Positions 27,590 to 36,709 of a stretch of 64,000 nucleotides of DNA are shown one piece after another. Source of the stretch: Glycera tridactyla (lineage: Eukaryota); NCBI GenBank assembly GCA_965644265.1, contig OZ286475.1:76632001-76696000 (forward strand). The letters are read 5' to 3'. Made by a program: the position numbers and the translations under genes. A model generated the notes under the pieces. The model worked only from the letters and a program-made list of their open reading frames with translations. It had not been told where the DNA came from and did no database searches. Positions within the stretch are counted from its first letter, which is position 1. Each line of letters opens with the position of its first letter.

Positions 27590-27694
27590 ATTAGAAGCAA
27601 ACTCTAACCAACATCCCCTTTTCTCTGTGTGTTTATATAGGGAGCGAAAAAGTATCTCAATAAGCCTCCCGATACTAGACAAGAGCTGTACGAC

Positions 27695-28745
27695 ATGGAG
27701 AAACTCCGAAAGGTTGCCGAGTCTATCGTCGGTCTCTCGTTAACCGCTTTCGCCGAACAGGATCCACAGCGTCACGTTGGAGAACGATTGCGACTTTGGA
27801 ACAATGCAGGGGAACCTATTCACGGACATCCTTGCGAACCCGCTATCGCTGAATGTGAGTTCAATTATAGATGCAATTGTTAACAAGCCCAGGGATGATG
27901 TTGCGGAACTGTGTGAGAAGTATTTCCCGGGCATCCAGATCGGGGATTTGATAGAGACAATAATGAAGGCCGATAAGTGGTACCTGTTAGTCCTGATGTG
28001 CGCCCCGACGGACTCTGATCTGCGGAAAGACGCGGGCCCTCAACATGAGGTGAATCTAGTGAACTCGTTCGAGAATTACTGAATTCACGCCCTGTGGAAC
28101 GGCTATATTCTTCCGCACATCATTGGGGCACTAGACTATCGGCGACCCCGAGGCAATGTTGGCAGAGTGGCGTTCTGGGATGATCGGAACGTCGATGAGG
28201 CCGGTTCGTCCGGCGAGGCCATTTGGCAGCGCGCCAAGAATGACGTGATTGATTCGGAAGAGGGTGTTCAAACTTTGCTTAGTCTATGCGAGGGCATGTT
28301 TTATTGTCTTACGAGTCTGAGGTGTGCCCACGAGGGGAAGGAGGTGCTCACAAAACTCACGATGGACTTGATCTACAGCTTAGAAAAAGTTATTCTCTTC
28401 GCTTCATGTATTGTAGAAACGGCCCCACAGTTCTATTCCCGATATGTGTATAATCTACCCCCTCAGATGAAATGTATGCTGGGTTCGTTACCTAAACAGA
28501 GTTACAGCCATGTGTTAGAGACGTGCAATGACTTACTGATGACGATGGAGGATGACGAGACGGCGAAACGGACCTGGTCTCAGATTATTAACAGTGAACT
28601 GCGGACAGATATGACCCCACAGGTGAAGGAGAGCAACAATAACGGACGAGACTTTACATTTACCCTAGACACGACAGACAGCCCACTCTTCAAGTCGGAC
28701 AGGTTCCTCGCAATGATGATGACGGTCGAAGAGGAAGCTGTTTAA
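27695..28745 (+). pseudogene. Disrupted orphan viral gene (~350 aa)
   Basis: ORFs 27777-28082 and 28167-28745 are one reading frame broken by a single TGA at 28080-28082. The ATG at 27695 is in another frame, suggesting a frameshift near 27745-27780. Confidence 0.62.
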
Positions 28746-28767
28746 CGTCACGAGCGGCAGCTTCCGG

Positions 28768-29940
28768 TTGATGACGGAGGCGCTACACTATTACATTGCA
28801 ACACAACAGTTGAATCGGGCCATGGACCTGGTCGCCGAGGCCCTTTCAGAACCCCGGAGAGGAAAGATTTGCGGGAGCGATAAAGTGTCGCCCCAAAGGA
28901 GGGAGATGGAGATCGGGCTCTCGGCACAGTTAAAGAACTACGTCCCGATCAATCTCAACGACTTCGAGCGAGACGACAGTGAAGACGACAGCGCCTCCGC
29001 GGAGGACGGCAATCCCATAGACCACCTCACGAGATGGATGTGGGAGATGAGATACGAGTTTCTCATGGTATTCGTCTATCATCTCCTGAGCCACGGGCCG
29101 CTGCCGGGCTATATTTGTTGGGAGCACGTCGCCAACCTGGTCACGATGGCAAGGGAATTCCCTAAAAACATGCACTGGACAACCAGATGTTGGTGCGAGG
29201 TAGAGCACGACCTCGAGAAATACCCAACACTGAACGAAGCCATCTGTTCAAAAATGACGACGGATTCGGAAATTTGGCGGGAGAAACGTGAGCGCTGTGG
29301 ATGCGCCACCCTAAAGGGCCCGCTTCGAAATGACATTCTGGAAGACGCTCTCACATATCTCGTAAAGGAGAGAAAGGAGTACAGCGAGGCGCCAGAACAA
29401 CTGGTGATGAACATGGCTTTTGGCCTGTATCAGTACTTCACCAAGTTGAACCGGGAGACCAAAGTTAACAGGCTGGCCATCAACGAACTGGCGGCACTCT
29501 CTATAGAGCAGACACTGGCCCTCTGCATTCCAAACCCGCTACGCGCGGAGGAACACACGGTCAAGTCGACTCGGCGATGGACTCCCGCCGGCGACCTCCT
29601 GGGAATGGAATGGAAACTGTACCCAAAAGCATGGTGTAGCCTCATGACGGAGCTACAAACAAACCGCCTGCTAATGACTCAGGAGGACGCGAACGGGGGG
29701 TTTCTCGGACTTGGAAAACACCTTCACGCCCACCTCATTCTGACAGAGATCCCGTTCCAATGTAGAATGCAAGATGGACACGTGACTGACGACAGCGACG
29801 ATGACGACAGCGACGACGACGACGACGACATACCGATGAAACCAGACGTGTACTCCGCCAAGAGATTGGCGTGTGCAGAGACCCGACTCAATAAGAAATC
29901 TGTTATAAATAGTTCGGAGTCGGCGCTCCACCGTTCGTAA
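28768..29940 (+). CDS. Orphan viral protein, 390 aa
   Basis: Long ORF with normal composition and an acidic tail; ATG at 28771. No family recognised. Confidence 0.75.
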   Translation: MMTEALHYYIATQQLNRAMDLVAEALSEPRRGKICGSDKVSPQRREMEIGLSAQLKNYVPINLNDFERDDSEDDSASAEDGNPIDHLTRWMWEMRYEFLMVFVYHLLSHGPLPGYICWEHVANLVTMAREFPKNMHWTTRCWCEVEHDLEKYPTLNEAICSKMTTDSEIWREKRERCGCATLKGPLRNDILEDALTYLVKERKEYSEAPEQLVMNMAFGLYQYFTKLNRETKVNRLAINELAALSIEQTLALCIPNPLRAEEHTVKSTRRWTPAGDLLGMEWKLYPKAWCSLMTELQTNRLLMTQEDANGGFLGLGKHLHAHLILTEIPFQCRMQDGHVTDDSDDDDSDDDDDDIPMKPDVYSAKRLACAETRLNKKSVINSSESALHRS

Positions 29941-31484
29941 TTTTCTTGACTCTCGACATCGAAGGGGTCTTCGTTTGTGTCTTCGTGAACGTTCTCGTTA
30001 TTCTCCCCAGCTTCCTCTTCCTCTTTCACCGCTTTTCGAAGCGTTTCTTGAAATCTGTCTATGGCCTGTAGAGTTAGGGAAGATAGAACCACTAACGTCT
30101 TGTTAGCCCCCAGACCAATATTCACCCGCTCCCTCAAGGTCTTCTTAACTTTGTGATTGAGAAGACGTCGTCGCCTGGAAGCGTCGTTGGAACAAAGAAC
30201 GGTTTCGCGACTTAGAGGGGGGCCCCACAGGTGATGGTGATTTAAACGCCGATCGCAGAGCACCCACTGATCGGTTGAATCGAGCGGACGCCAGTTGGCG
30301 TACTGGTCTTTGTGCAACTCCGTGAGTATCGTGAGTCGATTTAAAATCCCGCAATGTTCGGAGGTTGTGATCGGCTTTCGTTTCGAGTTGAAGAGGGAAA
30401 GTTCGAAAACGGAGTTGGTTAAGAAAACTTCGAGAGCCTCCACGTCGTTCGGGTCTTCGTCCTCGTAAACTGTTACGGGTCCATCTACTCCCTCTTTCCA
30501 TTCGCCGAAAAACTTTAGGCTTGTGGCGAGACTGTTGGTCGGCTTGCTACTCGGAGTCGATCCCTGCGGCAACCACGTGTTCTTCAGCGTGGTGTGTCTA
30601 TAGGGGTTGTTCGGCAGCGTGGCCTGCTCGGCGGCTCCGTCGTTATTCGTGGTCTTTGGGCCGCCGCCGCGACCGAGCCTGGAACTGTTTTGAGCGGGGG
30701 CTCTGAGACATCCCAGTGGGGAATTCGGGTTGCATATTTCGTCGACGATGTTCCGATGACTTTGAGAATCTTCGTGAACGGCCATGAGTTTCAGGAGAAG
30801 TCTCATGCTCAGACGCCCGTTGTCCACGTAGACCCTGTTGATCGGGTTCGTTTGGGATATGCGCCAATAATAATGCATCATGTCTCGTATGAGAAACACC
30901 TGGTTGGGGCGCGTGCAGTTAGAATAGCTGTTGAAAAGACAGATCTCGAAACATCGCTTATCGACAAGCGCGTTAAGATAGAACGGAAACATGCTGTTCT
31001 CCCAGACGTTCTTTTTTTCGTCGGGCGTCTGCGATTGACGCGCGTAGAGTTCCAGGGCTTGCGTTTGGTCGATGTTCGTGTCGGCGAGGAGCTCGGAGAG
31101 AAATTCTAACCGCTGACTCTTTGCATTCACGTCCACTCCTAGAAAGATCGCCGCGCAGTTTAAGACGCGGAGTTTCACCAAATCGAGTGTTTCGATTTCG
31201 ACAACGTCCTCCAGATCTTTGAAGCAGCGGAGGAGATTTTTTAAAAGGGTCTTTATCTCGTCTAGTTCCTCTTTGTCGGGAAAGCCGTTTAGAGTAGAGG
31301 GTAGAATAAGATCGAGAACGAATCGCTCTAAACTCATCAGGTTGTAGTGCTTGGACGACTGGATGTAAGATATCTCCTCCTGTTCCATCTTCACGGCAAC
31401 GCAGAGCATGGTCTTTAGCACGGTGTTTAAAACCGGTAGGAGAAAATCATCGTGGGCGATCTGCGGGTATCTGAGCGCGTCCAT
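29724..31484 (-). CDS. Orphan viral protein, 586 aa, Leu-rich helical N-terminus
   Basis: Long ATG-initiated ORF with an upstream TATATA at ~31580. The 3' end overlaps the 390-aa gene by 217 bp. Confidence 0.8.
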   Translation of the reverse strand: MDALRYPQIAHDDFLLPVLNTVLKTMLCVAVKMEQEEISYIQSSKHYNLMSLERFVLDLILPSTLNGFPDKEELDEIKTLLKNLLRCFKDLEDVVEIETLDLVKLRVLNCAAIFLGVDVNAKSQRLEFLSELLADTNIDQTQALELYARQSQTPDEKKNVWENSMFPFYLNALVDKRCFEICLFNSYSNCTRPNQVFLIRDMMHYYWRISQTNPINRVYVDNGRLSMRLLLKLMAVHEDSQSHRNIVDEICNPNSPLGCLRAPAQNSSRLGRGGGPKTTNNDGAAEQATLPNNPYRHTTLKNTWLPQGSTPSSKPTNSLATSLKFFGEWKEGVDGPVTVYEDEDPNDVEALEVFLTNSVFELSLFNSKRKPITTSEHCGILNRLTILTELHKDQYANWRPLDSTDQWVLCDRRLNHHHLWGPPLSRETVLCSNDASRRRRLLNHKVKKTLRERVNIGLGANKTLVVLSSLTLQAIDRFQETLRKAVKEEEEAGENNENVHEDTNEDPFDVESQENYERWSADSELFITDFLLSRVSAHANLLAEYTSGFIGMSSSSSSLSSSSLSSVTCPSCILHWNGISVRMRWA

Positions 31485-31671
31485 GGTTGAGAGAGATTAG
31501 AGAGAATTCTGGTTCTTACCCTTAGGTTCTATCGACTATTAGGCACAGAGGACACAAATAAATGGGTCATCGTTATCATCATATATAGATTTATTTTTAA
31601 ATGTACACGGTTACAAGAGACACACATATTAATAAAATAGTTAGAGTCCAGATGAGGATTTGAACCATCTC

Positions 31672-33555
31672 CTATTCTGAATAGCTGCCCTCGCTTTCGC
31701 TATCACTCGTGGACTCGCTATCACTCGCGGATTCGCTTTCGTATTCGCTCTCGTATTCGCTCTTGTTCGTGGTGGTGGTGCTGCTGTCCTTCCCCTTGGT
31801 ATTGCTTTTGTTCTTATTCTGGTCCTCCTTTTTATGTAAGGGAGATCTCGCGCGTACCTGAACCCTGGAGTCGATGGAAGTTTCCTTCTTTATGATATTG
31901 AGGTCTGTCCTATCAACGACTTGTTGGTCGGGTTTGAATGGAGCGGCGTTTAGATCCTGAGTAAACTCGACTGCATTATTGGAGGTCACCGCCATCTTTG
32001 TTTTAATTCGGGGATCCATGTTCATCCCGGCGTCGCCATTCAACCTCATTTTTTTGCTTGAAGTCGCCTCTTCTTCTTCTTTTTGTTGTTTTAGTTTCCT
32101 CTTCGATGATGATGATGCCGCTGACGCAGGTTGGGCCTCGACCCCATTTGTCTTTTCAGTATCGAGGGTAACCATACCGGTGTTCACCCACTCGTCTCTT
32201 CTACGTTTTAGTTCCTCCGTCACATGGTCCGTGACCTTCTGGAAATCGGGGAAAAGTGAGGGATCGCAGCGTCCTCGATGGAGCGCGGATCCAATGGTCC
32301 TCGGGACCAACTTGAAAGTCTGGCCGTTGTGGTGTATCGGTTTGGACAGATAGGGAGTTGTCTCCATGAATTGTTGAGTCCAATACAAACAGGGTGGCAT
32401 ATTCCCATGATACATGGAGCCCTTGCCGTCCTCCTTGGTCACACATTTTGGTAGATGGTAGAATAGGTTGCCGATTACTCGCACGAGGTCATACTTGATG
32501 TTTTTGAACGTAGAGGGGGAGGAGGCGTAGACATTTATCGATGCGTGTTCCCGGTGAATCTCGGGGTCGTAAACGTAATCGGTATTATCGGTTTGATGGA
32601 AACAGAAGATACTCTTCTTCGTCTGTTTCTTTTTTGTAGCTGTCTCGTTGACGGAGCTCTCCTTACTGGATCCCTCTCCCTTCTCCTCCTCCTTCTCCTT
32701 TTTCATTTTTTTAAACTTTGAAGATTGCTCCGACTTGATTTTCCACTCCGGCGCTTTCAGTTCGGCAATAACGGGGGATTTCGAGTTCCTCCCTTCCACC
32801 CCTCTCTTTTCATAGGTGTAGGTGAACAAGAGATTGTAGTTTGCACCCTGAGCGTAAATTTTACCTTGTAGGTTATGCTCTATCGCCGGAATGTATATCT
32901 TCGCGGAGATTTTTACATTTGTTTCGGGTTTTTCGTTTTTCAGGATCTCCTCGTATTTGGAGATCTCGTCCGTCAGACTCTTAAAACTCGTGGCCTTGTC
33001 TCGCTCTTTAATGCAGATGTAGACAATGTAGTTGGGAGCGTTCTCTTCTTCTTTTTTAACACTCTTCGGTTTTAGGAGAATCAACATGTTGACCTTGGAC
33101 TGCCCCATGTTTTTCCAGGGTATGGTTGCGGCGAGTGTTTTACGGAGGTGCTCCTCAAACTCAGCCTCGGTTGTTTTATCGGCATTCTTGATCCTGATGT
33201 GGAGAACAAATCGTTTCCTGTCAGAACCGTTCGTCGATATGCCCCGGGCGGCAAATTCATATCCGATGAACTTTTCCACAAACTGTTGAATGGCGAGGTT
33301 CGGAGCGATCTCCGATATCTGAATGGGTTTGTACTTCTCGGCCATTTTGTTCTTTTCTGCGACTTCCTCTGTCTCCTTTGGTTCTTTTTCAGCGGGCTCC
33401 GAGTCTGTAATACTGGAAACTATATTCGCCATGTCCTGAGAAACTGATGAATCGGCGCTTAATTTATCTTCACTAGCTGTAACGTCACCGCTACTGCCGT
33501 CGCTGCTGACATCGTCGTTGCTGTTGTTGTTGTTGCTGTCACCGAAAGGCCACAT
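31672..33555 (-). CDS. Orphan viral protein, 627 aa, Lys-rich with acidic Ser/Glu repeat tail
   Basis: Long ATG-initiated ORF; AATAAA on the minus strand at ~31588 downstream of the stop. Confidence 0.82.
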   Translation of the reverse strand: MWPFGDSNNNNSNDDVSSDGSSGDVTASEDKLSADSSVSQDMANIVSSITDSEPAEKEPKETEEVAEKNKMAEKYKPIQISEIAPNLAIQQFVEKFIGYEFAARGISTNGSDRKRFVLHIRIKNADKTTEAEFEEHLRKTLAATIPWKNMGQSKVNMLILLKPKSVKKEEENAPNYIVYICIKERDKATSFKSLTDEISKYEEILKNEKPETNVKISAKIYIPAIEHNLQGKIYAQGANYNLLFTYTYEKRGVEGRNSKSPVIAELKAPEWKIKSEQSSKFKKMKKEKEEEKGEGSSKESSVNETATKKKQTKKSIFCFHQTDNTDYVYDPEIHREHASINVYASSPSTFKNIKYDLVRVIGNLFYHLPKCVTKEDGKGSMYHGNMPPCLYWTQQFMETTPYLSKPIHHNGQTFKLVPRTIGSALHRGRCDPSLFPDFQKVTDHVTEELKRRRDEWVNTGMVTLDTEKTNGVEAQPASAASSSSKRKLKQQKEEEEATSSKKMRLNGDAGMNMDPRIKTKMAVTSNNAVEFTQDLNAAPFKPDQQVVDRTDLNIIKKETSIDSRVQVRARSPLHKKEDQNKNKSNTKGKDSSTTTTNKSEYESEYESESASDSESTSDSESEGSYSE

Positions 33556-34621
33556 TTTTAAAATTGTCTTCTATGTGACTAATTACGGCATTTTGCGATA
33601 AATGCGGTTCCCAAATAACACAAGAAAAAGTCCCAGTGTTGTTGATCGAGCTATATTTAGAAATATCGCATGGAAACACGCCGTCTCCCCAATCATGGAA
33701 GGGCATCTTTCCTGTAATCTCGCCCCCTCCCGCCTCATCCTCCGATAAGATCCGACCCCACGCGGAAACATGGTAATTTTCCGCTACGACTTTCCCACAG
33801 AAGATCGGAGCCCCGGTGAAGAGAAATCGGTCACTGTTATCCGGGTCAAGCATCACGTGCGTTCTGGTCTCGCCCACTTGTATGGTTTCGAACTCTAACA
33901 GGATCCTCTCGACATCAAGGTCGTCTAGGACACTGGATATGTCAAGTCTATCGAGATCATCCGATAAGATTAGGCCACTTGTCTCGTTAATAATTCTCTT
34001 AATTAAACTTTCTGTCGAATGAAACAACATTGGTAAATCCGACAGCTCCAATTCGAGGTTCTCCCACTCGTATTCTAGACCGGGCAAGTGAAGTCGAGGA
34101 AAAAGTGACTCTTTCAAGTCGGCTCGTTTTCCGAGTTGGTTGATGATTTTGAGAACATCGCCAGCCTGATTCGAAACATATTTAATCTCACCGCCGCTCT
34201 TTCGCATTTGGATATTTTGAAGACGGTAGTACGCGTTGAAGGCATGTTCTAATTCTTTCTTGAGGATGCGAAGACGCGAATTTCGTCGCTCGGGGGATCC
34301 TTTGGGCACGGGTTTTTTTAATTGATGAATCTGAATAAAAATCTTGATGACGAGATAGATGAACTTTTGCACCTCCCTCCCCCAATTTAAATATGCGGCG
34401 AAGGAGTCGGACGTGCAGTTCCTCAGGATCGAAGATGATATCTTTGAAGTGGCGGGCGGATTCCTTGTCTCTATCCTCTTGACCTCGATATCGAGACATG
34501 CCGACACACTAATATGTGCCGCGTGATCAGCGAATCCTCGCTCATGTATAAAGTCCACATGGTCGGACATTCCGATTCTCGCGTCCGATAATTGGTTAGA
34601 GGGGGGCGATAAGGCCGTCAC
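33539..34621 (-). CDS. Orphan viral protein, up to 360 aa
   Basis: Long ORF whose stop overlaps the 627-aa start by 17 bp. The true start is probably the internal ATG (MSDHVDF). Confidence 0.75.
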   Translation of the reverse strand: MTALSPPSNQLSDARIGMSDHVDFIHERGFADHAAHISVSACLDIEVKRIETRNPPATSKISSSILRNCTSDSFAAYLNWGREVQKFIYLVIKIFIQIHQLKKPVPKGSPERRNSRLRILKKELEHAFNAYYRLQNIQMRKSGGEIKYVSNQAGDVLKIINQLGKRADLKESLFPRLHLPGLEYEWENLELELSDLPMLFHSTESLIKRIINETSGLILSDDLDRLDISSVLDDLDVERILLEFETIQVGETRTHVMLDPDNSDRFLFTGAPIFCGKVVAENYHVSAWGRILSEDEAGGGEITGKMPFHDWGDGVFPCDISKYSSINNTGTFSCVIWEPHLSQNAVISHIEDNFKNVAFR

Positions 34622-34659
34622 GTGATGAGGCCACGTGGGTTTTATGGTGTCCTATATAA
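34619..34659 (+). promoter_or_regulatory. Pol II promoter: two CACGTG E-boxes plus TATATAA
   Basis: CACGTG at 34619-34624 and 34632-34637; TATATAA at 34653-34659. Followed by an ATG-free leader ending in a strong AG|GTGAGT donor. Confidence 0.68.
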
Positions 34660-36348
34660 CTTCAGTCGGGGATCCTCTGCGGAATCGATCCATTCGGGAC
34701 TGGACGACTAACAAGCTTCACCGCCACTAATCACCAGCACTTCGCGGAGCTCTCTGTCTCTGATTTCTTTGTCAGTGGAGCCTCATCCGAGAATCAAACA
34801 AGGGAAGATCCAATCGCGAGGAAAGCGGGATCGCCGATCGATACTTCTTAACAGAGAGATCCATATATAAGGTGAGTTATCGTTTATAAAAACACTTCAA
34901 AGGACCTGGGCAAACATGCGGCCACCTGATTGTTCACACAGGGGGGCTCGATCCCCGATAAAGGGGTTTCTCGGTTCTCACCGTTATCGTCGCCGCCGCC
35001 GCTTCTCACGATCATCATTGTCCTTGTCGCCATGATTGTCCTTGTCGCCGTCGCTCCCGTTCCCCGTTTTGAAGATGGAGGAATATTCAACGGGGTCGAA
35101 TTTGGCTTTACATATGATATCCAATGTGGCTCTCATTATGAAAACCAGAGTATTACACTCTCATGTCGGCGATAACTATAGCGATATCGAGGATTCTTTG
35201 ACTACTAGTAGTGGTGGTGACTCTGGTACTACCGAAAGTAACGGGAGCAATAGCAACGGAGGCCATTTTTATGAACCGGAGAGCGGAAAATTATGCGAGG
35301 ATCACTTTAACTGTAGAGAGTCTCGACTGGTTTTTCTTCGGGGATTCTTTAACGGAGGAAAACATGGTTCCCAAAACACGGATGCGTGAGAGTGCTTATA
35401 TTTACTCCGATTAGTCTATGTATTCGGAAGCTCTTATCTATCTATCTGTCTATCTATCTTTTTGTTTATGTTGCTCTTTATCTGTCTATCTATCCTATCT
35501 ATTTACCTGTCTATTTATCCATCTATCCGCCCATCTACCTACCCATCCATCCATCCATCCATCCATCCATCTACCATCTGTCCATATATTCGTGCCCCCC
35601 TGATCTAATTTTCCTCGTTTCTTTTTCTAATCTTATAGTTGTGGCTGTGTTATTGACGAATATCGGGGAAAGGAGGAAGTAGAAGAGAACGAAGAGGCGA
35701 ACGAGTGGTCCCGCGTTCTACAGTATTTGCGGATAAGCTCCACCTCCATAAAACTTCATCGCCGAGGACTTCGTTCCGGAGAGAAAGTTTTGGCCGGGTC
35801 CGTTGACGGTCTTTATCCGCCCAAAGGATCAGCGGACTTCATCTCGCTAGTTCGACTCCAGACGGTCAACTTACCTTCTGCTCAATCATCGAGGCCGTCG
35901 CCCCCGCCGTCACCCTTCGTTCATGTGCCGACCCCTTTTAGCGCCGCCCGGCGCCCAGTGGAGCGACACGTGGAGAGAATGCAAAACGGTCACGTCACAC
36001 TGAGTCCAAGGAAATCGGATATCTTGATATCTACAGCAATACAGGCTGTTACAGGTAGTGTCAATCACGGGTCTGAAAATACCAGGACGACTAGTCAGAA
36101 CTACGCAGTTATTAGATCTATACTTAATGGGAAATCGCTCAACGATAAAACAACAACACATAAGAGTACCACCCCTAATAATAGTGTCGGTGCTCTCAAC
36201 GGAACTTTTGTCGGGGACGAGGATCTAAGAAGAAGTATTTTTTTTGGTCTTGGTGGCTCCCCTATCGACTTTATTACAGGCGATCTGGAACTTTCGGGGA
36301 GCGCGCTGTCATCATCGGTCTCAAACGATAGGCTGTATTATCATTGTC

Positions 36349-36383
<35 letters not shown>

Positions 36384-36675
36384 GCAATTTATTCAACAAC
36401 GAACCAACTAACAGAAATATATCCAACACAGGTAGAGACAATACCCACACAGGTAGAAGACATATTGCGTAGCGCGATGGATGGTGCAGGTATTGGTGCA
36501 GGAGAGACCATGTTACCTGCGGAGACATTAAGTAATCAAACAATCAATCAATCGGAACTGGATAGTATTTTATCAAATGTGTCTTTTCCAGAGTTCCTCG
36601 ACTTCGCATCACTTCAACCTCTTGGCGACAATAATCTTACTCAAACAATAATACCGCCACCACCACCACAACCAC

Positions 36676-36709
<34 letters not shown>

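Noticed and set aside
27464-27682. Poly-His ORF
   Set aside because: Antisense reading of the (GAT)24 tract.
27589-27700. Teratorn-like piggyBac end or telomeric-repeat integration
   Set aside because: No TTAA, TIR or transposase, and no (TTAGGG)n array; only a single CTAACC.
27695-34621. Integrase, terminase, polymerase, kinase or capsid assignments for the orphan ORFs
   Set aside because: I could not recognise diagnostic motifs by eye; left as orphans pending profile searches.
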